A DNA stretch of 64,000 nucleotides from Leucoraja ocellata (taxonomy: Eukaryota). Shown piece after piece: positions 13,240 to 25,044 of the stretch; position 1 is the stretch's first letter, and every line of letters begins with the position of its first letter. The stretch covers positions 248,001-312,000 of the forward strand of contig JAWMAR010000561.1 in assembly GCA_036785375.1 (NCBI GenBank), given 5' to 3'. Below the pieces are notes generated by a model, which was not told where the DNA came from, ran no database searches, and saw nothing but the letters and a program-made list of their open reading frames with translations. The translations under genes were made by a program, and so were the position numbers.

Positions 13240-13885
13240 TTGAAAGTGGCGTCACAGGTAGATTGGGTGTCAAAAAGGCTTTCAGCACATTGGCCTTCAT
13301 CAGTCAGAGTATTGAGTAGTGAAGTTGGGCGGTCATGTTGCAGTTGTATAAGACATTGGTGGGGCCACTTTTAGAGTATTGTGTTTAGTTTTGGAAACCA
13401 TGTTATAGGAAATATGTTGTCAAGCTGGAAAGGGTGCAGAGGATATTTACAAGGATGTTGCCAGCCTGAGCTATAGGAGGAGGTTGTGCAAGAGGATGAG
13501 CTGGTGATCTTATAGAGGTGTACAAAATCATGAGAGGAAAAGATTGAGGAAATGCGCAGAGTCTCTTTCCCACAGTTGGAGAATGGAGAACGAGAGGACA
13601 TAGATTTAAGGTGAGGGGGAAAAAATGTAATTGTAACCTCAGGGGTAACTTTTTTACACAACGGGTGATGAACGACCTTCCAGAGGAGATAGTTGACGCA
13701 GGAACTATTGCAACGTTTAAGAAACAATTATACAGGTACATGGATAGGATAGGTTTACATGTATATAGGTCAAACGCAGGCAGGTGGGGCTAGTGTAGAT
13801 GGGAACATGCTGGTCATGTGGGCATGTTGGGCCAAAGGGTCTGTTTCCACGTTGTATGTCTCTATGACTCTCTGACTCTATGACA
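13240..13885 (+). mobile_element. CR1-like LINE ORF2 3' fragment with internal deletions
   Basis: ctggaaagggtgcagagg...tttacaaggatgttgcca, gaggtgtacaaaatcatgagagg, and a (actctatg)n tail. Confidence 0.8.
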
Positions 13886-14079
13886 CAACAAGCTTTGTTG
13901 CCTTCCACCGTACCAAATCATCTTAGACTTCTAAGACATTAAGTTCTCTGTTGCATTTTCTTGGTTGTCACATCAGTTTGAGGAGACCGGGCAGGGTGGG
14001 GGTGTACTCATCTAATGCCTCACCCCTTCCTTGGGCTCCAGGCATAGATTCCTTCCTTTGTTCTTGACCGCCTACCTTT

Positions 14080-14995
14080 GCCTAGCTACACTTGCTTTTA
14101 ATAAACATATAAAATGTCTTGGGAATTTCTTCAGTCCTACTTGCCAAAAACATTTCATTGTCCCTTTTAGCCCTCCTAATTCCTTCTTTAAGTTCTTTCC
14201 TGCTTCCTTTATATTCCTCAAGGGCCTTGTCTGATTCCAGCTTCCTGAACTTTACTATATGCTTTCTGTTTTTTATTGACTAGTTATATCTCTCAGATAG
14301 ACACAAAATACTGGAGTACTGTAACTCAGCGGGACAGGCGGCGTCACTGGATAGAAGGAATTGGTGACATTTCGCATCGAGACCCATCTTTAGTTATAAT
14401 ATATCTTGTCATCCAAGGTTCCTGAGCCTTGACATCCTTTTCTTTTAACATCACATGAGCACGATGCCCAGATGTCAGCTCTAAATTGACACCCTAAACA
14501 GCTTCTCCCAATCTATTATTCGCAGTCACTGTTTAATACTATTATAGTTACCCCTTCACCAATTTCTCACCTTCACCTGAGGTCCAGTCTAAACCTTATC
14601 TATGACTAGCTTAATTATGATCACCATTCCCAAAAACGCTCCCCCACTAAAACGTCAATCACTTGGCCAGGCACATTTCCCAGTACGAGGTTGTGGCTCA
14701 TTTCTTAGTTTAGACATTAGAGAAACAGTGCGGAAGCAGGCCCTGTTTCCGCTGCACCACTGTGCTGCCGTTGAAATATCTATTTATTGTTTCAAGAAAC
14801 CATCTTTGATACACCTCGTATATATTGCCTGATCGAAGGCCCTGTCACCCAATATTGGGGAAGTTAATATCACCCATTTCAACTATTTATACATCTTTCT
14901 GTAATCTGTCTGCATATCTGTTCCTCTGGATCCCACTGGCCATTGGTAGTCCTGTAGTATAATCTCATCAGAGTGATCACACCTTTCTTGTTTCA
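14080..14995 (-). mobile_element. Old, degraded CR1/L2-type ORF2 fragment (APE endonuclease region)
   Basis: Minus strand contains ttttgggaatggtgatcataat (FGNGDHN, the APE SDH motif) and a GDxN-like ggtgatattaacttccc; interrupted by younger repeats. Confidence 0.5.
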
Positions 14996-15106
14996 GCAGA
15001 AATTCTCAAAGTAAATTTAGAAAACCTTCTTTAATCAGGGAATCATGGTAACATGGAACTTTTTCGCACATGGAAATAATACTTCCTGGTCTACAAGATA
15101 ACCGGA

Positions 15107-15405
15107 GCGGCACGATGGTGCAGCGGTAGAGTTGCTGCGTTACAGCGGCAGAGACTCAGGTTTGATCCTGACTGCAATTGCTCTCCGTACGGAGTTTGTA
15201 CATTCTCCCTGTGACTGCGTGTTTTCCCCGGGTGCGCCAGTTTTCTCCCACATTCCAAAGACGTACAGGTTTCTAGTTTAATTGGCTTCGGTAAAATTGT
15301 AAATTGTCCATTGTGTGGAGGATAATACATATGTACGGTAATTGCTGGTCTGCGCAGATTCGGTGGGCTGAAGGCCCGCAGTGCATCTCTAAACTAAACT
15401 AAACT
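15107..15405 (+). mobile_element. HE1-like V-SINE (plus strand)
   Basis: gcggcacgatggtgcagcggtagagttgctg...tttgatcctgac...V-domain...ctctaaactaaactaaac. Other plus copies at ~17890-18178, 25733-26010, 27260-27515, 34010-34270, 36796-36995, 40750-41055, 41393-41695, 42787-43050, 48389-48680, 50207-50490, 57540-57825. Confidence 0.85.
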
Positions 15406-16464
15406 ATAACCAGTTGAAGGAGCAATTTAGGTTAAAATTATTTATTCGTTCCTTGAGATCCAGACACTGCAGACAAGGCCAGCATTTATAGCTCATCCAT
15501 AATTGGCCTGAAAAGGTAGAGATGCCGTTTATCTTGTGGAAGCACCATCAGAGCAGTGTTGGGGAGGGAGTTCACATATTTACACCCAAAGTGTATCAAA
15601 AGGGGAATTATAAATTAAAACTCACTCACATTTTCTTAAAAAATAGAAATAAAGAGGATGGAGGAGAAGAGATTAAAATGCAGTTCTGTGATGTATATTT
15701 TTTCTATGTAATTTTGAATTTTACATTACAAGCAGGAGTTTTGTGGGATCAGAGTCATGGAATGATAGAGGGCAGAGATATCAGGTGAGAGGGGGAAGTT
15801 TAGTGGAGATGTGCGGGGCAAGTTTTTACATAGGGAGTGGCAGGGCATGGACCACATTGCCAGGGGTGGAGCTGGAGGCAGATACGATAGTGGCATTAAA
15901 GAGGCTTTTATATAGGCACATGAATGTGCAGGGAATGGAGGGATATGGATTACTTGAAGGCGGATGAGATCAATTTAGTTTGGCATCATGTTTGGCACAG
16001 GCATTGTGCACTGAAAGGCCTATTCCTGTGCTTTGCTATACTGTTCTATGGTCTATTAACTAAAAGTCTCTTCTTGACCACTTCCTGTCTGCGCTGTATA
16101 TTGATTTTAGAAAAAACACGACATATATCGCTATGATTTTTGGCCATCTTACTCACAGTCCTCCGCTGTGGCAGCCCTGAGGAATTTTCCGATCGATGAA
16201 AAGTAAAACAGATATGAATGTTTAAAAAATCTTGAGATCAGCTGATTAGTCATCTCGCCTGTCAATCACCATGATGAAGGTAACGCTCTGCCGGGGGGGA
16301 GGGGGTTGGATATAAAGCCGCGGATGTGAGTCAGTCACTCTGGAAGATCGCGAGGGAGAGGCCACAACTGTGATTCTGCTGTGAGTCAACTAAACTGTGA
16401 GTCTACTAAACTGTGAGTATACAATGTACTTGCAATAAATGATTTGTTAGCCCTTAATGAAAAT

Positions 16465-16865
16465 AAAATGTTGTTTGGCCTGCCCTGTGCTTGAAACTGA
16501 AATGCCAATGGATATCAAATGAAATGAAAATGAGATGAGTTGTTTGGCCTGCTCTGTGCTTGAAACTGAAATGGCAATGGGAATGAAATGAAATGAAAAT
16601 TAGATGCTTTTTGGCCTGCCCTGTGCTTGAAACTGAAATGGCAATGGAAATGAAATGAAATTAGATGTTTGGCCTGCCCTGTGCTTGAAACTAAAATGGC
16701 AATGGAAATGAAATAAAATGAGATGTTTGGCCTGCCCTGTGCTTGAAACTGAAATGGCAATGGAAATGAAATGAAATGAAATGAAAATGAGATGAGTTGT
16801 TTGGCCTGCCCTGTGCTTGAAACTGAAATGACAATGGAAATGAAATGAGTTGTTTGGCCTGCCTG
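16465..16865 (+). repeat. Minisatellite array, about 6 units of 58-75 bp, inside the Helitron-like element
   Basis: Unit tgtttggcctgccctgtgcttgaaactgaaatggcaatggaaatgaaatg..., with length variation from a nested (GAAAT)n microsatellite. Confidence 0.95.
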
Positions 16866-17298
16866 AAACCACTAATTTCGGCCCACAAGGCCCCTGTTAG
16901 CCGAGAAACCAGTCCCTTTTACCTAAAATGTCCTTATTAGCCCAGGGAGAGCATTTTGGCACAAAAGGCCCATACCAGGCCAGGAAAAGTCCAGAAAAAG
17001 TGCCTTTCACTCAGATTAGTTTTAAAGAGTCCCTTCAGCCCATCAGTCTGTACTAGCCCAGGAGGAGTCCCTTCGGCCCATCAGTAAGTATTCCCCCTGC
17101 AAGTATTAAACCTCACCCCAGTATTTCCCTCCCTCCCTTCATTGGCTCCCTGTGAGATCCAGGCCAGGATAGACGTTCCTCCTTCATTGCTGCGATCTGC
17201 AGAAACAAATGAAAAAATTCTAAATTTGATTCTCCACCCTCTCCCCCTTCTCTCTCATAGAGTCTCTCATCTGTTTTGAGCAGAATTTCTGGCAATTT

Positions 17299-17374
17299 CT
17301 GAGCTGCCAGCCCACCAGGCCTGAGTGACTGAGCTGCCAGCCCACCAGGCCTGCGTGACTGAGCTGCCAGCCCA
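17299..17374 (+). repeat. 30-bp tandem repeat, 2.5 copies
   Basis: ctgagctgccagcccaccaggcctg(a/c)gtga repeated at 17299, 17329 and partially at 17359. Confidence 0.95.
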
Positions 17375-18219
17375 ATAATTCATTTGGCCCACAATGTCCA
17401 TACATGCCCACTGAAAATCAGTCCCTTCGACCCACAACATCTATACTAGCACTCCAGAAAGCCCCCCCACCAATATTGGAAATGGTGGAGATGGAGTATT
17501 GCATTGGGGGACCAGCCCTTCGGTGTGAACATGGGACCCAACGGGTCCCACTTAGTCTAGTATATGTCAACATAATGTCCCAATTTTTATATTATATGAC
17601 TTGACCAATGAAAGCAAGCATTGCATATGCTTTCTTCACCATGCTTTCTAGCTATGTGGTGACTTCCAGCAAACTATGGATGTGGATCCCCAGTCCACTC
17701 TGGCCATCTTTATTCTGAGTGCCCTTACTGTATACATCCTACCCCTAATTGCCCCGATCCTCTGCGTCAAGGATCACTGCAGTCCTTGTATCCTGATGAT
17801 GCAAATCTTCAACCAGAAACATGAAAGGGAGGTTCTCCTAACATTGGCCACTACCTCATAATGCACTCCCAAGGAAGTTACACCCAAGATGGCACAGTGC
17901 TGGAGCGGTAGAGATGCTGCCTCAAAGAGCCAGATATCTAGGCTCAATCCTGACTACGTGTGCTGTCTAAATTGAGTTTGTATGTTCTCCAGTTCTCTTG
18001 TGCGTTTTCTCCAGGTGCTCCCGTTTCCTCCCATACTCCAAACATGTAAAGGTTAATTGGTTTCTGTAAATTGTAAATTGTCCCTAGTGTGTTGGATAGT
18101 TCTAGTGTATGGAGTAATCGATGGTCGGCGTGGACTAAAGGGCCTTTTTCCTCACTGTATCTCAAGTCTAAAGTCTGAAGACGACAAAAGTAAATCCTCT
18201 GATATTTTAACCATATAAC

Positions 18220-18950
18220 CAAACTTTTTAAATCTCTCCCTGCACTGGAGACCCGACCTTTTCTCGTCGGGTTTCCGTTGTCGTTGGGGCCGCAACGAGG
18301 AGCGGCCTCCAACAGGAAGAAGCCGGGGACTCTGGTGCTACGACTCACCGTCGCCGTCGCGGGGCTGGCCGAGTCCGGAGCGGGTGGAGCGGTGGAGGAG
18401 CGCTGCTGCTGCTGCTGCTGCTGCTGCTACCGGAGAGTCGGAGGCTCCAACGGCAGGTCTGTGGACGGTGGCACCGGGAGCCCGCGGCTCCCTGGAGGGA
18501 GACCGCTTTTCAGGGCTCTCGCAACGGCGACTTCCCCCGTCCGAGTTGCGGGGTCGAAGAGCTCCTGGAGCGGGGCCTTTAGAGCACCACCCCGCGAGGC
18601 TTGGAATGGCCTCGGGACTCTGCGAGCGCACGCCGGGGGCTCTAACACCAAGACCCGGTGTGCGACCTCGCATCACCCGGCGTGGCTTTAATGGCCGCGG
18701 GACAATCGCCATCGCCAGCCGGGGGCTTTGACTTTGACTCTGACATCGGGGGGGGGGAGAGTGCAGTGGAGAGATAAGTGTTTTTGGCCTTCCATCACAA
18801 TGATGTGATGGATGTTTATGTAAATTATGTTGTGTTGTTGTGTCTTGGGTCTATTTGTTTGTAATGTATGGCTGCAGAAACGGCATTTCGTTTGGACCTC
18901 AAGGGGTCCAAATGACAATTAAATGTATCTTGTATCTTGTATCTTGTATA
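18220..18950 (+). mobile_element. GC/CpG-rich non-coding element with (GCT)n tract and (TGTATCT)n tail, inserted in a CR1 tail
   Basis: taaccatataac on both sides (18208-18219, 18951-18962); 5' hairpin ggagacccgac/gtcgggtttcc; (GCT)8 at ~18402-18428; 3' aatgacaattaaatgtatcttgtatcttgtatc. Confidence 0.6.
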
Positions 18951-19654
18951 TAACCATATAACAATTACAGCATGGAAACAGGCCATCTCGGCCCTTCTAG
19001 TCCGTGCTGAACACATAATCTCCCCTAGTCCCATATACCTGCGCTCAGACCATAACCCTCCAGTCCCTTCCCATCCATATAACTATCCAATTTATTTTTA
19101 AAATTTTTGCCCCATTTGCATCTTCCAATTTGCTTAGGAGTATCTTTGACAAAATGAATTTGTACTCTTTATATCCTTCCTTGCCACTTCCAGCAAACTG
19201 TTGCCTTGCTTGTAACACAGACTGCACATCACTAATGAAGCAATCTCCCACGGTGTGCAATGATATCCTTCTCCGTCCCCATTTTAATCTTGTTCTTGCT
19301 GTGAACTTACAATCAAAATAATTATGCTATTATTCCTATTTATTGCATTTCTTTCAAAATGAAGCATTTTCTACTTGTTTGAGGCTGGAGTATGTCATTA
19401 ACCCAAAGTACCACTTTCATACTGCGACCCATTCACTGGTATCCCAGTGTAGACTGCACTGCCTAATTCTCTTTCGCCTATCTTTGTCAGTTCCTCATTT
19501 CAAAACCAACGTAACCCATTAAGTGGCTGTAAGTGAGGTGCTCAGACACACTCTAAGTGGAATACATAGACAATATTCCCTGCTATAGACACACATTCCA
19601 CCCACAGATTTGTGATACATACGCGCACTACACACATATGCTACACATCCTCTC

Positions 19655-20167
19655 TTGCCATAGAGGGAGTACAGAGAAGGTTCACCAGACTGATTCCTGG
19701 GATGTCAGGACTTTCATATGAAGAAAGACTGGATTGACTCGGCTTGTACTCGCTAGAATTTAGAAGATTGAGGGGGGATCTTATAGAAACTTTCTTAACA
19801 TTCTTAAGGGGTTGGACAGGCTAGATGCAGGAAGATTGTTCCCGATGTTGGGGAAGTCCAGAAGGGGTCATAGTTTAAGGATAAGGGGGAAATCTTTTAG
19901 GATCGAGATGAGAAAAACATTTTTCACAGAGAGAGTGGTGAATCTCTGGAATTCTCTGCCACAGGTAGTTGAGGCCAGTTCATTGGCTATATTTAAGAGG
20001 GAGTTAGATGTGGCCCTTGTGGCTAAAGGGATCATGCGGTATGGAGAGAAGGCAGGTACAGGATACTGAGTTGGATGATCAGCCATGATCATATTGAATG
20101 GCGGTGCAGGCTCGAAGGGCCGAATGGCCTACTCCTGCACCTATTTTCTATGTTTCTGTTTCTATGT
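19655..20167 (+). mobile_element. Young CR1-like LINE 3' fragment, (ATGTTTCT)n-tail subfamily
   Basis: LDRLDAGRLFPMLGKS...FFTERVVNLWNSLP; nearly identical copies on the minus strand at 29799-30156 and ~31290-31677. Confidence 0.85.
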
Positions 20168-20809
20168 ACCAGCGCATTGCTTCTCTTTGGGCAGCTCCTT
20201 GGGATCGAGGATGACTTGCTGCCACACCAGTTCAGTGTGTACTGAAATGGCTGTGAAGACCAACAGGAAATGCTCAGTCTCTGGCACGGTCAGGAGACAC
20301 TTGACAGATAGATAGGTGGTTGTTTTTAATATATAGACACAAAATGCTGGAGTAACTTGGTGCGGCACGATGGCGCAGCGGTAGAGTTGCTGCCTTACAT
20401 GCCAGAGATCCAGGTTTGATCCTGACTACCTGTGTTGTCTGTATGGAGTTTGTACATTCTCCCCGTGACCACGTGAGTTTTCTCCAGTTGCTCCGGTTTC
20501 ATCCCACATGTATACACGCACATATCCATGCATATGCACATAAGCACAGGTGCATACGTATTCTACCTAACTCATGCACACACACAATGGACAACACACA
20601 CAATACTATACAGATACAAATACACAAGTGGACACTTACACACATATACACACACTGGAATGTACGGAATACTACACAACACATGCACACACTTCCTTTA
20701 CAACAGATGCGTGGACACACTTGCACATGCATCATAAACATCACAAAGGCACATATATACATAACATTTACAAAAACTCATACGAACCCCACAAAATGCC
20801 GGCAAAATG

Positions 20810-21050
20810 TGTAGGAAGGAACTGCAGGTGCTGGTTTACACCAAAGATAGACACAAAATGCTGGAGTAATTTAGCAGGTCAGGCAGCATCTCTGGAGAAA
20901 CGGAATAGGTGACATTTTGGGTTGAGACGCTTCTTCAGACCCGTCTGACCAGTTGAAAAAAGGGTCTCAACCCGAAACTTCACCTATTCCTTTTCTTCAG
21001 AGATGCTGCCAGGCGTGCTTAGTTACTCCAGCCTTTTGTGTCTATCTTCC
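20810..21050. mobile_element. Palindromic PLE-derived non-autonomous element (representative copy)
   Basis: Head-to-head arms gatagacacaaaatgctggagtaa...gcagcatctctgga...gtgacattttgggttgagac...cttcttcag / agggtctcaacccgaaacttcacc...agagatgctgcc...ttactccagc...tgtgtctatc. Other copies at ~8095-8275, 31820-32050, 33710-33895, 37490-37635, 43130-43225, 44688-44984. Confidence 0.8.
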
Positions 21051-23334
21051 CACAAAATTGTGGACATCTATACACAGATTAGAGATGCATGCTCATCTCA
21101 CGCAAACATCATAGGCAATGCATACATGTACACAAACGATAACACACACATATAAGTGCACACACACACTTGACACAATCCCGACTATGGGTACTGTCTG
21201 TACGTTCTCTCCATGAAAACCCCGTGGGTTTTCTCTGAGATCTTCGGTTTCCTCCCACACTCCAAAGATGTACAGATATGTAGGTTAATTGGCTTTGGTT
21301 TGTGTACTTGGTATAAATTGTCCCTAGTGTGTGTAGGCTTGTGTTAATGTGCGGGGATCGCCGGTTGGTGTGGACTCGGTGGGCCGAAGGGCATGTTTCC
21401 ACGCTGGTACACAAAAATGTTGGAGAAACTCAGCGGGTGCAGCGGCATCTATGGAGCGAACGAAATGGGCAACGTTTTGGGCCGAAACCCTTCTTCAGAC
21501 GCTGTATCTCTAGACTAAACTAAACTAAACACAGTGATACAAAGACATCCCACCATTACTTGAATCCCAGAGAGCTGGGATCCAGGCTCACACCAGGTCA
21601 TGGTGTGAATCTGTAAAACATTTTGTCTTCTGTAAATTGGGCTTCACATTAGACTGTCAATTCACATCACGATGCCTAACATAAAACTCTTTTACCTGCG
21701 TTGCCAATAATTCATGCCAATTAAATGATGTGTTACTGGTTTTGAGAACCTTAATGGAATCCCATTGCAGATGGATCAACTCAACTCAAGAGTATTTTAT
21801 TGTCATATATCCCTAACAGAGCTATGAAATTCCTACTTGCAGCAGCACAGCTGATATGTAAACATAATGCTCTACATACATGCATACACATACATAAAAC
21901 AAACAAACAAACAATAATAGTGTAAAAAAACAAAACCATTGCTTCCAAGTCTATTTAGATCAGAGTTTATTTGGAGGTTGTAGTGTTTAATAGCCCGATG
22001 GCTGCAGGGAAAAAGCTGTTCCTGAACATGGACGCACGCTGCAGTTTGCAGGCTCCTGTATCTTCTTCCCGATGGCAGGAGTGAAATGAGTGTGTGGCCA
22101 GGGTGGTGTGGGTCTCTGATGATGCAGGCTGCCGTTTTGAGGCAGCGACTCCTGTAGATGATGGGGAGGTCAGTGCCCGTGCTGGACTGGGCAGTGTTCA
22201 CCACTTTTTTCTCCAGGTGGTTATTACTAAATAGTTCCATCTAATAAATTGCGAGCAATAGCAAAATCTCCTCTGTCACGTTGCCGTTGTTTCAAAGTAA
22301 GGAACGAAGATTTAAGGCGAATGCAAGCATAACGGATGATTAAACATGTTGACAGATAAAAGAAGAAACGAGAGATACATTTTGTGGCAACTTGCGTATT
22401 GCTTTGGTATCTGTGAATCTTCCAGTGCTTATTCTTACAGAGAGGCATTAAGCATGTTTGCTTTCTGTACGTTAACTACTTTCGTTTGACAAAATGACAG
22501 GATCGAGACTGGAGGGCAGGGATTAAAACGTGAGCGAGGTGAATGATGTGGCGCGCTATTGCATGGTAGTAGACACGGGGAACTAAAGCAGTGTTTTGTG
22601 TTGGCTGCATTGACAAAATAAAAGATACAGTATTTATTAAAACATAAAGATAGAAGAATATGGGGTTACAAATGCGGTTTGCAAAGGAATGGGGATTATG
22701 CTAGTCAGTCGGCGGTCCAATATGTGGATGGCTGGCGAGAACAAAGGGGGACTCAACATTGGGGTGGGTGAGGGGGTGGGGGGTGGGGGTAACGAAGATG
22801 GGATGAGTATTTTTGTAACTGTCGGCACCTTTGTGAAAACAAAGAATTTCACTACACCTTCATCATAATTGAAGTATCATCTTCAATTATGCATAGGAGC
22901 CTAGATCAAACTACTGGGAATTCACATCTGCAGTGTTTTGCCTTCCTGATAAGGAGTTCACGTTGTCTGCAGACATAATGCATCGAGATATACTTACAAC
23001 AAGGAACTGCAGATGCTGGTTTTATACCGAAGATAGTCACAAAGTAGTGGAGTAACTCAGCGGGTCAGGAGGCATCTCTGGAGAATATCTGGAATCAAGA
23101 GAAGCATTTTGACCAGAAACATCGCCCATCCTTTTTCTCCAGAGCAAGGGACTCAAGGAGAAACGCATTGCTGCCATCTGGAAAGAGAGAGCTCATAGCA
23201 CTGAGCTCTCTGACAGGTTCCACAAGAATCATCCCCGATCCACACTTGAGGACCACCCTCACCGCAGAGCAGTCTCAGAAGAAGCTCGCCCCTTACCCAC
23301 CATTGATGAATGAGCCTGCTGCCTTGTCATTAAC

Positions 23335-23337
23335 AAC

Positions 23338-23385
<48 letters not shown>
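23335..23385. repeat. (TAA)n microsatellite, tail of a minus-strand Rex1-like fragment
   Basis: About 15 AAT units directly abutting ttttattgtcatt (reverse complement of the aatgacaataaa 3' end). Confidence 0.9.
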
Positions 23386-23852
23386 TATATTTTATTGTCA
23401 TTACACATCAGTGCAACGAGATTTAGTATGCAGCTTCCAACCATGTAAAAGAAAAGTAAAATAAATAAATAAGCTGTGTGACGTGACCATCCGAGGGAGA
23501 CAGTCCATGGGGGGGTGGGGAGGGGCACTCAGCAGGGCCGGTTCAGAGCCACTATAGCTCTGGGAATAAAGCTGTTTCTGAGTCTGGAGGTTCGGGCGTA
23601 GAAGGCCTTGTAACGTCTGCCGGAGGGAAGTAGTTCGAACAGTCCGTTACAAGGGTGTGAGGAGTCTTTATGGATGCTGACGGCCTTCCTGAGGCACCGT
23701 GTGTGGTAGATTTGAGTCACTTGAGTCACTGCAATTCACCTGGCTCAGGATCCCATCTCATGTCATTGGGGCAGAATTAGGCCATCACCATGGTTGATCT
23801 ACCTCTCCCTCTCAGCTCCACTCTCCTGCCTTCTACCCATTACCCTTGATAT

Positions 23853-24052
23853 NNNNNNNNNNNNNNNNNNNNNNNNNNNNNNNNNNNNNNNNNNNNNNNN
23901 NNNNNNNNNNNNNNNNNNNNNNNNNNNNNNNNNNNNNNNNNNNNNNNNNNNNNNNNNNNNNNNNNNNNNNNNNNNNNNNNNNNNNNNNNNNNNNNNNNNN
24001 NNNNNNNNNNNNNNNNNNNNNNNNNNNNNNNNNNNNNNNNNNNNNNNNNNNN
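23853..24052. other. Assembly gap (exactly 200 N, probably of unknown true size)
   Basis: Run of 200 N. Confidence 1.
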
Positions 24053-24513
24053 ATAGATTATTATATGTTCTACGGATATTGTTTGTGTTCCTACTGAACA
24101 CCTTGTAATATGTTGTCTGGATCGGGCACCGCTCAAAACAACTAAAGCAAGGACCGAACTTTGAAAATGGCGCCAAAACATGGCGCCCCCTGCACACGGG
24201 CTCAGTGGACTATTACTGTACACTTTGCTAATAGAGGATTGTGCTTAGGTGTGGGAATACTGCACTGGACTGTATGTAGGAAAATAATTTCACTAAGCAT
24301 CATTGAGCCATTGAACCATATTATTATGAACAGACAGAAGGGGTGTGGCTTGATGTTTGACATAGGCCGAAGTAGAGGCCATAGAGACATAGAGTGTAAA
24401 CAGGCCCTTTGGCCCAAAGTGCCCACACCAGCTAACATGTCCCAGCCATACTAGTCCCACCTGCCCGCAGTTAGTCCATTTCCCTCCAAACCTGTCCTAT
24501 CCACCTGCCTAAA

Positions 24514-25044
24514 TGGGGTTGCCCCACCGTGGCGACCTAATCCACGACTTCTGGTGAGTTTGCCCCCGACTCATTCTCGCAGCATGGTCGACACGAGGCC
24601 CTAGGAGGTCTTTGTAACTCTCCTTCAAGCTCGAGGGTAGTCTCCGCAGACTCGAGGCCTCAGCTAGGTCGCGGCGTATTTTTGAACATGTTGAAAAATG
24701 CTCACGAGTAAAAAAAGGTCGCCATGGAAAAAAATCGATACTTCTTTAACTCGTAGGTTTAGTCGAAGTAGGTCGTAGTAGGTCAACATGTTATTCGTAG
24801 GTAATCGAGTGTAGTCGAAGGTAATCGAAGATAGTCGTAGATAGTCTTCAACATAGTCGAAGGGAGGTCGAAGGAGATCGAAGGAGGTCGTCTTCACTCT
24901 CCACTATTCGGAGTCCAATTTTCCCAAAGCAAGTCGAAGCTAGTCTTCAACATAGTCGAAGGGGGTCTTCAACATGACATTTTTTCAAACTCTCCGAAAC
25001 TCTTCTAAACTCGCGAATTAGGTCGCCGCAGTGGGACAGCCCCA
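24514..25044. mobile_element. PIF/Harbinger-like MITE inserted into a CR1 fragment
   Basis: Imperfect TIRs tggggttgccccaccgtggcgacctaat / attaggtcgccgcagtgggacagcccca; TAA-type 3-bp target that splits the CR1 phrase cctgcc-TAA-ctgtttcttaaa; internal (gtagtcgaag)-like repeats. Confidence 0.75.

Larger units (their letters stand above)
16052..17560 (+). mobile_element. Non-autonomous Helitron-like element (~1.5 kb)
   Basis: 5' TCTATTAACTAAAAG; 3' perfect hairpin TGGGACCC-AAC-GGGTCCCA (17532-17550), then CTTAGTCTAG, followed by T; no TIRs or TSD. Confidence 0.72.

Noticed and set aside
16465-16865. Repeat array resembling CRISPR (conserved ~35-bp block with variable intervening sequence)
   Set aside because: The 'spacers' are (GAAAT)n variants rather than unique sequences, there are no cas genes, and the context is a eukaryotic intron.
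18278-18731. Overlapping ORFs with poly-Cys/poly-Ala
   Set aside because: Open frames caused by high GC content and a (GCT)n tract within a repeat; no domain similarity or splice support.
20416-21180. His/Thr- and Cys/Val-rich ORFs
   Set aside because: Translation of degenerate (CA)-rich low-complexity DNA.
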